The notes beneath the pieces were generated by a model that had not been told where the DNA came from, searched no databases, and saw only the letters and a list, made by a program, of their open reading frames with translations. Below, in pieces: positions 12,364-24,059 of a stretch of DNA of 64,000 bases (position 1 is the first letter of the stretch; every line of letters begins with the position of its first letter). The position numbers were made by a program, and so were the translations under genes. This stretch comes from Takakia lepidozioides. Its lineage: Eukaryota; Plantae; Bryophyta. The stretch covers positions 66,154,001 through 66,218,000 of the forward strand of contig CM060733.1 in NCBI GenBank assembly GCA_030704615.1, given 5' to 3'.

Positions 12364-14104
12364 CTGTACAGCAAACGTTTCATTGCCTCCTCGTCGTTGT
12401 ACTGATGATCGAAATTTTTAGATCGAAGAATCCCTCCCTCCTTCTCGAACTCCCGGAAAAATGCATACTTCCAGAGCTCCCTTCTCCATTTACGAATGTA
12501 GGACTCAAACTTGATGCTGGGAGATGTTATGGTGATTTTGTAGTCTAGTAGTGACTTCTCCAATGTTTCAATGGCCCGCTTCTCCAGCTGCAAAAAGAAC
12601 GACCATATGTGCAATGTTTCAACCATATAAACAACGAAGTCATTGTGAACAATGTGGAACGTTTGGAAATTCTTACCTGGCTCCAAAAGGTGGCTTTGTG
12701 CAAACCGTCTCAAATGCACGGTCGCTCACTAGTGTCACCACTCCTGTCTTAGGGTCCCTATGCGGTTTTGGGAAATTATTTGTGTCCCGGACGATTGGAT
12801 CCGAGTTCCAGATTTCGAGCCACCTCACTTTTTGAGCCGGCTCAACAATGGAAATCGACAGACGGTGGATCTTTTCCTGTGTCATCTCAGGCTTGGTGGG
12901 CTTGTTCCAGTGTATCCAAATCTGCTCCAGAAACCCCTTTCCCAGCCCAGGGTCAGCAATTCGTATGTGCTTGTCAAACGCACTTTTGAGGTTTTTCCTT
13001 GCCGTATCCAACTCATCTTTCATTTTGGTCTCCACCCCATTCACTGTTCTCTCTTCCTCCGGAGTAGTGGCATAATACTCCAGCTTCGCTCGCTCTCCAG
13101 CATCCGCAATTTCTTGCTGTGACACAAGAACGGTGGCCTATTATTACATGTCAGGCCATGTAGGGACAACTTCAAACCAAAAATGAAAGATAAATCAAGA
13201 CAGACAAGGAAATAGTCTTACCGCGTACAAGTACTCGAGGAAAGCTTCCCTCGTTAGATTGTACCAAGTTTCAGACTTCTTGATTGTCTGGCATTTCTTC
13301 AATGTCTCCGCAGACAAGGCGCTGGAGAATGTTTCCAAAGGCACGACTCCTATACTTTGCATCCGAAACAGTGATGCACTATGTTCGTGGTGACGTGTGA
13401 CGTCTCGGTGCCCCTGCATTGAAAGCAAATGAGTACAAGAAATGAAGCGAGGGACAAAAATGTAGTTCACAAAGAGGAAACAAAACAAAACTTACTTGTT
13501 GACATCGTGCATGGCAGTCAAAAGTTGGGTTATTTTGCCTTGTGGATCCAAAACCATTGACAGAACTCGGTGGTGCCAGTCTTTGTTGTCGGCATACATT
13601 CTTGTGATATATTCCATCCAGGCAACCAAACGGTGATTACCATCCCATACGAAGAACATCTTCCCCATGTACTGCGTGTGAGATGGGTTCTGGGAAAGGT
13701 CTGCCTCAAACTCCGAATTCACCTCATTCCAAAGCGGGTCCCAACTGGCCATAATCTCTTCGTCAACCAGTTTTTCTGATCCCTGGATGTCTGTTACTGA
13801 CACGTAAAAAAACTGCCGATGCCTTCAAGTACCCGTGGATGAAATCACCCTGTAGCTTCTTGATATCATGATGCAGGGCTGGACGAATGGCAGGCATGGA
13901 AATCATCCTGCATAGGGGAATCATAAGAGTGTCGTCCCGAACTTCCATGGAATTTATGACCTTCCTAGAGTTTACCTTGGAGGTATACATCAGTGAATGC
14001 ACTTTATCTTCGTAATTGTTAGATGGGTCTTCATCTTGAGTATCAGGAACAGATGTCTCTTGTGTAGGCTGGCTTTCCCCCGCCTTCTTCCTTTTTTTCT
14101 GCAT
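12364..14104 (-). pseudogene. Central exons of element A gene with ParB/Sulfiredoxin-like domain
   Basis: LMIPLCRMISMPAIRP...IKKLQGDFIHGY...(+1 frameshift in A7 run 13806-13812)...KMFFVWDGNHRLVAW, the ParB/Srx DGxxR motif; GT-AG introns near 13495 and 13221. Confidence 0.75.
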
Positions 14105-14139
14105 TCATTTGTGTTTTCCCACAACAGATTCAGACCACT

Positions 14140-15995
14140 ATTAAGGTGTCGTCAGCGATGCCTTATTATGACTCTTCCTCCCTGATTGTAGACACGCCCA
14201 CCTTTTGAAAAGTATACTTCATATGCTTCAAAGTATACACCACATTCGAAATAATATCATAGATCAAGCTGTAGTCACACTCTGGATCCATGACACTGTT
14301 CCTCTCCGATTGAAAGTAAGCAAACTGTATTTGACAGGAGAGAATAAGGTGTCATCAATGATGCCTTAATCTGCCTCCTTATTTCTGTGTAAAACACTCA
14401 TTGAATATGACTACGCTCCACACCCCATCCTCTTCCTCTATGAATCGAAGTCCAGATTTTACACTCCAGATTAAGTTATCGTCAACGATGCCTTAATTCA
14501 CATCTTCATTTATGTTCAAGACATCCCTCAAAGTGCAGACTACCCACCATAAATCCTATCTCTGAACTGCTTCAAAGTATGCCTGAAAAGTTTTTTTGAC
14601 AGGCCAGATTAAGGTGTCGTCAACGATACCTTAATCTGCCTCCTTGATTATATTTAAAACAGCCCTTCTATGACCTCATTCCCCACCCCTGATCGTGTTC
14701 CTCTTTGATTCATAGTATCCCTAGAAACAGATTTTACACTCCAGATTAAGGTATCGGCAACGATGCCTTAATCTGCCTCCGTGATTGTATTTAAAACAGC
14801 CCTTCAATGAGCATATTCTCCACCATCATCGAGTTCCTCTCTGTTTCATAGTATCCCCAGAAACAGATTTTACACTCCAGATTAAGGTATCGTCAACGAT
14901 ACCTTAATTCGCATCTTCATTTATGTTCTAGACATCCCTCAAAGTGCAGATTACCCAGCACTAATCCTGTTCAGATCTGCTTCAAAGTATGCATGAAAAA
15001 GTGTGTTTGACAGGCCAGAATAAGGTGTCGTCAACGATGCCTTAATCTGCCTCCTTTTTTATGTATAAAACAACCCTTCAATGAACATATTCTCAACCAC
15101 TGATCGTGTTCCTCTCTGCTTCATAGTATCCCCAGAAACAGATTTTACACTCCAGATTAAGGTATCGTCAACGATGCCTTAATTTGCATCTTCATTTATG
15201 TTCAAGATATCCCTCAAAGTGCAGAGTACCCACTACTAATCTTATCTCTGAACTGCTTCAAAGTATGCCCAAAAAGTGTGTTTGACAGTTCAGATTAAGG
15301 TGTCGTCAACGATGCCTTAATCTGCCTCCTTATTTCTGTTCAAAACAGCCATTGAATTTTGATACTCTCAACCCTGGATCCTGTTCATCTCTGCTTGAAA
15401 GGCCAATCAAAACTAGGTTTTCACTATGCCTCTACGTACATTTTACAGGCCAGATTAAGGCATCGTCAACGATGCCTTAATCGTCCTCCATATTTCAGAA
15501 GAAAACAGCCACTGAATGTATATATTGTCAACTCCTGATCCTGTTCCTCTCTGCATCAAAGTATTCGCTAAACGGATTCCCACTCCCAGATTAAGGTGTC
15601 GTCAACGATGCCTTAATTCCCCTCCTCATTTCTGTTTCAGCTATCCCCTCACTGTGCAGACTACCCACCACTCAAACCCTCAAACCGGGAATGACAGACT
15701 ATATTAAAGTGTCGTCAACGATGCCTTAATCTGCATGTTTCATTCTGCTTCAGAAACCCTCACCAGCGTGTATGCCTAACAATAAGCCTGTTCGTCTCTG
15801 TTTCGAAGAACCCCTAGGAATAGCAGACCAGATTAAGGTATCGTCAACGATGCCTTAATCTGCATTCTTCATTCTGCTTCAGAGTCCACTCATGAAGCGG
15901 AAACTTGTGCTTTAATCGTTTTCCTCTATGTTTGAAAGAAACCCTCAATATGTGAATGGCTGACCAGATTAAGGTATCATCAACGATGCCTTAAT
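14140..15995. repeat. Array of 14 palindromic 28-bp motifs (motif A) at ~137 bp period, spacers related
   Basis: Copies start at 14140,14343,14470,14608,14745,14881,15019,15156,15294,15454,15590,15703,15832,15968; two recurring spacer types; further copies at 6195, 11963, 12093, 12297, 16403, 16496. Confidence 0.95.
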
Positions 15996-16039
15996 CAGCC
16001 TCCTCCAGTTCTTATGAAAGTCTCTGAAATACCCACCAG

Positions 16040-17206
16040 CCTTGTCTTCTATGCTTCAAAAAACCATGGCAGGCTTCGAACTTATCGACCTCTTTTCTGA
16101 TTCACAGGAACCCTCACAGATGAGAATGGGCAACCTAGAACGAACCTTAGCAGGCTTTGGACGGCCACTGGAAGACCCCTTCTCTGCAGGTCGCATTGTT
16201 CCTTGCACTTGTGTCTTCCCCTTCACTCGTGCTTGTGTGTCCACTAGCTGCTCCACTGTAGCCACAGCCCGATGCGGAGAGTGAACCCTTGGCACCTCCT
16301 CCTCATTCACCACATTGACGACCATTTCGGAGACTCTCCCAGGCTTTCTTCCGTTTCCTCTGCAAAACATCAACCATTGTTTGATCGACAAATCAGGCCC
16401 ATTTTAAGCTTGTGTTGACGACACCTTAATTTGGCACTGCATTGGAACATGTGGGAAACAGAGAGGAGGGTAAGGCGGTGAGGATGCGCTTGCAGATTAA
16501 GCTGTCGTCAACGACATCTTAAAATGCAGGGCATACTCCGCTGGCTCCACCAGTTTTCATCTCTAACAATGCAAAAACGAACTGAACTATGCATCGCAAT
16601 GGTGGTGCTACCTGAATGAGACTCTGTTCAACGCTGTCCATCTCCAAATCCACTGCTCGCGTGCTGCCTCCCACTTGTGCCTTGTCCTTCAACGCCCGCA
16701 AAGACAGCGCTGTGTTGGATGGGCGCTCCCGGGTATTCACGGCCACCTGCTTCGTAACGACCTCCTACACAGGAGTAACATCACTGCTGGGCATGCCTTC
16801 CTCCTCTCTTATAGGGGGCATTCTTTCCATCCCAGCCTCATGCAAAAGGGGAAGTTCCAAAAGCTCCTCCAGCTGCTTGTCCACAGACGGCTCCGCGACT
16901 CCCCTATTCTGTGACCCTTCGCCAGCAGATCCCTCCCCTTCACGGTCGCTCTCCCCCTCGGTAAGATCAAGCGCCCTCCGAGTCTTCCTCATCCTCTCTC
17001 TCGCTTTCAACCTCTGCCTCGCCGACGTGTAGTAAAGAGACTTCCTACGCGACCTCTTCTTTGCAGAAACAATGACGTTCTTGGGAGGCTCCAGTGTGAA
17101 TAGTTCGAAATGACACTTACGGGACACTCATCTTCCAACACTCCATTAGGGTCCAGGAAACGGATGGATGGACGGCGGTTGGGGTTTCATCTCCGAAATC
17201 ATCCAT
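16040..17206 (-). pseudogene. Putative low-complexity 5' exons of element A ParB-MTase gene
   Basis: MDDF...|KRSRRKSLYY resembles element B start MEEFPAPEKRRRRKLHKLYF; donor gtaag near 17119; in-frame stops. Confidence 0.45.
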
Positions 17207-17510
17207 TTGGGATTTTCCCATAAAACAAAAATGGCTTTTAATTGACTGGTTGGAATTGCGGCTGGGGGGGTTGTCTGGTGTGCAACTTGGTGATGGCCAA
17301 CTGGCATGGACCATCATTGCCGGTCTGGGCCCTGTTAGTGGAACCTCTATTTGGAGACCACGTACCCGTGGGTGCCAGTTGGTGTTCGACCTAAATATGG
17401 GTCGTTGTGGAATGGGCTGCGGGTTTGTCCGTGGCAAACATGTCATTGTCAGAAAATTGAACGCACCCTCGTAATTCTTAATACTGCTCAGCTGTTTCTA
17501 TGGCGGCGAA

Positions 17511-20388
17511 ATGCTGCATGATTACCATGACAATGATGGAAAGGAGACAGTACACTGTGCAAAGATAGACAGTATGGACACAGAAGAGGAGTCGCCCCAC
17601 ATTGTCCAGTGTGCTTCACCCCAGTCCATGCACGCAATCATTGTTTGGGAAACACAACGGATCCAAAGAGCGAAATTTCTACCCGCTGATTTTGATGGAG
17701 ACATCATTTTTGAACTGCCACCTCCGACGTCATGTGGAGGTTTGGTTGGACTCATGGCGGGCATGGACAAGAAACATGATGGACACCCATGGTGTCGGAC
17801 TAAAACTTCAAATATCTGTAATCCGCATGGCCTGAAGTTTCGGAGATCCATTTGCGATGGGCACTTGCATTGTGCAAATTCGGATTGCCAGCATTTCCAA
17901 ATGGCCGGTGTGGAAAATGAGACGGAGTGGGAGGGAGTCTGCGACAACCCATTTCAAGTAGGGTGTGCTCCTCCAAAGAGCAGTTCCGTCGTTTGTAAGT
18001 TTTGTAAAGTCGTGCCACAGTGCATGGCGGAATGTAATGCACGGATGTACTACGTGTTGCACCATATCAACCACCTCACATGGGCTTGTATTCATTTGGG
18101 CACCCATGCACATCTAGTGTCGCGAGGAGATTGCAGGGAAAGTGTTGACACAATGCGTTTGCTGCTTCAGCAAGAATTTCAAAATGCTCCCACTGCAACA
18201 CCATCAGCCATTGCTATGGCAGCAAGCAAAGGGTTCCTGCAGAAACATCTACTGGGGGAGTCGGACGAGACAACGACTAAGTTTGATAGTGAATCGCTTG
18301 ACTTTGTGATGGACCATTTCTCAACATTGGCTTCTCCAAATGCTCGTTATCAAATCAACGTCTTTAGGAATGGGGCAGGCAACAAAGGATACGTAGATAG
18401 CATCCTAGAATTGAAGCGCAGAAGTCGATACGACTTCATCCAGGACAGTGTTTTCCCAGGACAGGGGTCCCAAAAAGTATACTTGTTCAAGATGTCCACA
18501 GTTGCGGAGGGTTCTGGAGTTACCCTGGTGTGTAGAATGCAGGCTGGGGGTGATCTTCATAAGTCCTGGGTAATGTTTGATCACGTGAAGCGAGTGAAGG
18601 ATTGGACGACCATGGCCTGTCATGTGTATGATCCTACATACCAGCGAGTTATGACTATTGTTATTTGTGATATGCAGTCGGAGGACACAGAGTCCCAAAT
18701 TCTTATGTGGAGGGCTCTAGTTAACGTCATGAGAGTTCATGGTTTGCCAGATGCAAATTTCACAGGGTTCATGGCAGACAACGCACAAGCTAATTGGAAT
18801 GTTGTGCGGACTGTGTTTGGCTCTGGTGACCCGAAAATACCAATGCAAGGCCGGGAACGCACTTGCCTCTTTCATTGGACCCAGTCCCTTTGACGACGCA
18901 CAAAAAATTCCATAAAATTGGAGTTGCAAGAGGAGCACCTGCGACTATGCCGTCTATACAAAGATGCCACCACAGAAAGGGAAGAAAATGCCATGTTTCA
19001 GACTATCAGAGCATGGTGGTACTCCTCTGAGGCGGCGAGTCTGGAGGGGATCAAAGAGCTAGAAGACTCGTTGGGTTTTTGGCACTTCAGATACAGATAG
19101 TGGGGTGCCTTCATGACCACTGTAAGTTAGACTCATAGTACCATAATTTTCAAAACTTCTTGTATATATGGGGGTGTGCACCAGCGGCCTTGTTGTCCAG
19201 TCCAGTCCAGTCCAATGTTGCTCCCCATAACAGTGGCATGTGTGTGGCATTTACCTGCAGATTATGTCATTGGAAGACATTGCGGATATGCCATCCTGCA
19301 ATCTCGCGGAGACTGTTCATAGTATGTGGATGGCGCAATCTGGTAAGAATGGCCGGAACCCTTACGTTGCAACTGCAGATGACCTTATCCGCGCTCTTTC
19401 GCAACAAACAAAATACCGAGACTTCCTCAGGGGACGGGGTGCTGGTAAGGGGCCGAACAGGGCAGAGTTGCTGCTCAGGGCTGCTAACAGATGCAATCAT
19501 CCTACAAAAATGGCGCGGACTGTTAACGAGTACACGATTGGAACACCTTTGCAGTCCAGGCTCCCACATCTGGAAGGTGAGGAGAGATTCGGATCATGCA
19601 AGTGCAAACTGGACACCCCTCCAGGATCGGCGGGTGACTCCCATCGGCATGATAGAGATAATTTCTCCATACCTCGTGTGCCTGTGCCACCCAATTTCGG
19701 ATGTACTACTCCATCTGTGGATGTAGGTTATTTTGCAGATTTCGATGCAACATATGCCACAGCTCCGGCACGGGGAGAAGGACGGACGCTGTTGCCGGTT
19801 TTGCCATCCCTGTCGTCTGGCCAGTCAAGGTCGGAACATCTCTCTCCAAACAAGAGATTGACATGTTGGAGGATGCAGGGTTTCGACTTCGAAGAGGCCC
19901 AACAGTCCTAAACACCAACATCATCTCGTGGTACGCCATTCGCATTCCCTGCACGTCCACCACATGGGAACGACTAGCCAACGAAAATGAATGGAAAACC
20001 GGTTCATCGTGTTGAGGCAGGTGCAGATAACCAGTGCAAAATTGAGTCTGTGAGAACCCTGCAGTGTCGGGTTACCCAAATTGTGAATGTCCCCCCTCCA
20101 AGCTATGGGCGGGTGTACACTATGGTGACTTCGGGATCGGTTCTTCATGATAGGACTTATGAGATTACTATTGGGAATTTTCCTAATTGCACATGCCCGG
20201 ACTTCGACAACACGATAAACAGCTCCATTGGAAAGAGAGGTAAATTTGTTCCATGCAAACATCTTTACTACATCTACATTCACAGGATGTTTTGTGATCC
20301 TCAACGAGACACGTGCATTCACCAATGCACAATGGGTCCCAGTGACATTCAAACACTTCTGCAGAGAGATAGGATAGTTGACATCTAA
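17511..20388 (+). pseudogene. Element A MULE-type transposase: WRKY/GCM1-like finger, DDE core, SWIM finger
   Basis: HPWCRTKTSN...CDGHLHC...CKFC...HLGTHAH; WVMFDH, FMADNAQ, CLFHW, NLAETVH (D-D-CxxH-E); CTCPDF...PCKHL; in-frame stops 18891-93 and 19098-100; intron ~19122-19260. Confidence 0.85.
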
Positions 20389-20444
20389 TGTGTTTTCTCG
20401 GAGTTCTGTATGTGTCAATGACTCAACTTTCCTGAATTACTTTG

Positions 20445-21371
20445 ATATGCTCCACTATCGCGAGTTCAGCAATGTTTCTTAATTTGTCGACTATTGGAAA
20501 TGAGACCAGCCACTCTCCATGGATCCACTTTGCTCAAGTAAACCCAAATCTTTCCCCATTTTTGGGCTTTTATTTATTTTTATCTTTTATCGTATTTGGT
20601 GAAATTCCCATGTCCAAACAGGGCATGGGATTAAGATGTCGTTGACGACATCTTAATTAGTGCTTCCCTGAGCAGGATTACAGTTCCCCCCTATGGGTCT
20701 CTCCAGGCAATCTTTTTTTATGTGCTCCACTATCGCAAGTTCACCAATGTTTTTTAATAGATCCACTAATGCAGTCACTCTTCATGGATCCACTTTGTTC
20801 AAGTAAACCCAGGCCTTTTTCCATTTTGGGGCTTACATATATATATAAAATATATTGTGATTGATCCTGTTTGGTGAAATTCCCATCGGTAAAGAGGGCA
20901 GGGGATTAAGATGTCGTTGACGACATCTTAATTCGTCATTCCCTGAGCAGGTTACAACTCCCCCAGGCCACATTTTTTTTCTTGCAACGATTATCATGGG
21001 TTCATTTCTCATGTTGAGCATTCGATTTAAGATGTCATTGACGACATAATGCCTGGTGCATGCGCTTGTTGATCCCTCAAGAGACTTTCATGGATCCACT
21101 TTGTTCAAGTAAACCCAAGCCTTTCTCCATTTTTGGGCTTACATATATATATATATATTGTGTTTTATCCTGTTTGGTGAAATTCCCATGTTCAAAGAGG
21201 GCAGGGGATTAAGATGTCGTTGAAGACATCTTAATTCGTCATTCCCTGAGCAGGGTTACAACTCCCCCCTATGATTTTTTCCAGGCCACATTTTTTTTCT
21301 TGCGCCGATTTTCATGGGTTCATTTCTCATGCTGAGCATGCGATTTAAGATGTCGTTGACGACACCTTAAT
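20445..21371. repeat. Downstream tandem units (~275-305 bp) carrying five motif-A palindromes with TG centre
   Basis: ATTAAGATGTCGTTGACGACATCTTAAT at 20630 and 20905; variants at 21026, 21208, 21344. Confidence 0.9.
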
Positions 21372-22102
21372 GCGTGGTGCATGCGCTTGCTGATCCCTCA
21401 GGAGACATGCTCATACAGTCCTCCATAGACCCCTCATCTGGACAACTTCTCATCCGTGCTTCATCCAACGTCCATAACACTTTTACGTTCATCCCAAATC
21501 CATTCATCCGTGAATTTTTCATCGTGCATTCGTGCCACTTTCTCGTCATGGAGCCTGTTTGTCTTTGGTCTGATGGAGCGGAGACTGCGTCTTTGCAGTG
21601 AAGTTGGTGTCCACGGAAATAGGCCCACTTGTTCCCACGGTTTTGGGGTCCAGCGCGAAATCTGCTCACGCTTTTATTCTGCTCACGCTTCGGGGAATCT
21701 GCTCACGCATCCAGGAATCTGCTGACAGGTTCTGCTCATGGCTTTGCTGCCCTCCTTTAAACCCCTACTTTTTCAAAGTGGGTTAAGCGGTCACGCTTTG
21801 GAAAAGAAACTGAAAAGTACATAATAAAGCCCAACGCTTTGTTTGGCCTTGATTCTTAAAGAGAATGCCATGATTTTCTTAAAAAAACCGTTTCGGAGTC
21901 TGGAAAATTCTAGCCGTACGGACATTGTTGGCAGACTTGGCTCGCACCAAACCAAGCACATAACAGGGTATTTAGCCCTTGTTAGACAATTCTCTAAGCA
22001 ATTTGTTGATGGTACATAATCTTTTCCTTGAATGCAGATGAAGCACGTCTACTGTGCTGATGGTGCAAACAAATCTATAGCCCTATGCCTTCTGAATACA
22101 AG

Positions 22103-22760
22103 TCACGTGGTCAATGGAACTTTGACTGCTTTGAAAACTAGCTCATGAGTCATCGGGCTCCTCCAGGTAAACTGGATTGCAGCCGTTGTACCGCCGCTGT
22201 TGATGTTCACCACAATGTCGTGCCCTTCAATCATACCACCATCGAATATGGAAAGCTTCACTTTTTCGTCCTCCACACCAATGCGAATGTCCCCATACAA
22301 TGGAGAAGAGGAGCGCACTCCTTCAGGAGTATACGTCTCCCCGATGGAGTCCACCCAAGTCCACTAGCAACAATTCTACCGCAACAACATGGCAGTGCGC
22401 ATGGTGCACGCCGTAGCTGGGAAAATCGGAATCAAGGATGTGCAGGAGCCACGGACTCCTCAGACCAAGATCGTCACCCTGCTCGAAGGCGTACTGGCCT
22501 GGCATATACTCAAAAGCTGACAATGTTTCCACATTCGCCCCACAATCTTCTGTGGAAACTGTGTGCCAGATAACGATGTCTCCCGATGTAGCCGTATACA
22601 TTGCATAATCGAAGCCTCCATAAGGGCAGTCGTCGTGGTTCCGCAAGCACGACATCCTTGCAAAGGAGGCCCGGAGGACGTGTATGTTGTCGATGACAAT
22701 GACCTTGCAAACAACAACGAAGCCCTTTGATTTTCCCCCTGATGACAAGCGGAAGAGCAC
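22103..22760 (-). pseudogene. Unknown protein, paralog 1 of a divergent pair (frameshifted)
   Basis: VLRASFARMSC..DCPY.G.DYAM...SGDIVIW and YGDIR...DGG.I.G.DIVV...ELV.KA.KVP shared with 23150-23804. Confidence 0.6.
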
Positions 22761-23149
22761 TGCCGGCTCTAATAATGGAGGAACTGGGTCCCACCTCCCA
22801 GCCTGTCATCGTGTAACGTGTTCATCACGCCAGCGGCGGATGAACCGCTTACTCAAACTCATCCATGGGGAACAATCGCCCACCTGCCACCGAAGTCCAT
22901 CCCCCCGGATGGAAATTCGGCGCCGCATTTCCATCGAAAGGGAGATGGATGAAGTCGTCTCGAGGGGCGATACGCCCACCTGGCACTTACGGCCTATAGT
23001 TTGCATGGCACTGATGGAAACTGAAACGGCTACATTCATGGAGCAGCCAATTTTCATCCGTGCAACTTCCTGTAAGGGGAAATTTAAATGTGCCCTAGAG
23101 TCTTAGGAATTGCACCGTTTGCAAACTCATTGTAGTCTCCTTGCACAGC

Positions 23150-23804
23150 TTCCTGCCTCCGTGTTGCTGCCTCCTCCATCAAGAAGCTGTTGTCATTCAG
23201 CGTTCTCCGCTACTCTTTTGCAAGGATGCCGTGCCGCCGCAATCCTGTTGACTGCCCATATCATGGCCACGATTATGCGATGTTCAAACCAAAATCAGGA
23301 GACATCATTGTCTGGCTCTCTGTTTTTACTGACGCTTCTAGAGTCAAGCGGGAGTCATTGTGCGCAATGGAGTATTTGGAGGACTATTAACGCTTTGAGC
23401 GAGGTGAGGATGAGGGTCAATGCGGTCCGTGGGTGCTGCAAATTGTTGACCTCGATATACCTTGCTGGAATGGGAAGCCGGATAGATCACGCACGGCCAT
23501 GCTTTGGCGCTGGAACTGCTGCCAGTGGACCAGGGAGGATTGCACTGGCGAGAACTTTATTCGTGGAGTTCAATCCGCTTTTCCAATATATGGAGACATT
23601 CGCCTGAGTTGCGAAGGCAAATCGCACGGGCACATGAGGCCCACAGTGACCCTATCAATGTATGATGGTGGTATCATTGATGGGCAGGACATTGTCGTCA
23701 GCTCCACCAAGGGCACCAGAACGACCGCAATGCAGTTTACCTTGAGGTGCCGCGTCATTAATGAGCTTGTTTTGAGGGCTATCAAAGTTCCGTCGACTTG
23801 GTGA
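23150..23804 (+). pseudogene. Unknown protein, paralog 2 of a divergent pair (in-frame stop at 23388-23390)
   Basis: VLRYSFARMPC..DCPYHGHDYAM...SGDIIVW...YGDIRL...DGGIIDGQDIVV...ELVLRAIKVP. Confidence 0.6.
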
Positions 23805-24059
23805 CGCCCATGTAGAAGGCAGAAGGGTTTAGACTTGTTTGGACTTGCTTAATGTGAGACACCGTGTTCGATCAATAAAACAACCCACATCAACCCTCAA
23901 AATTTGTGGTCTCATTTGTACAATGTCTCTCTCCACATCAATCGCCAGAAGAGCGATATCAGAGTCATGAGGTCAAGGAAATGCGTCTTTGCAGAAACGG
24001 AAAGATGTACATGCCCAAGTTCGGAAATGCGGCACCGCATTTCCTCACTGACCCGCACA

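Noticed and set aside
5313-14104. Bacterial contamination or a restriction-modification/partition operon
   Set aside because: GT-AG introns conserved between copies, a plant CACTA insertion with TSD, and no ParA or nuclease seen
14140-15995. CRISPR array
   Set aside because: Spacers are ~110 bp and homologous to one another, no cas genes are present, context is eukaryotic and intronic, and the motif is also dispersed
18891-19100. Stops repaired by U-to-C RNA editing
   Set aside because: Such editing is organellar; ordinary mutational decay of a nuclear transposon is simpler
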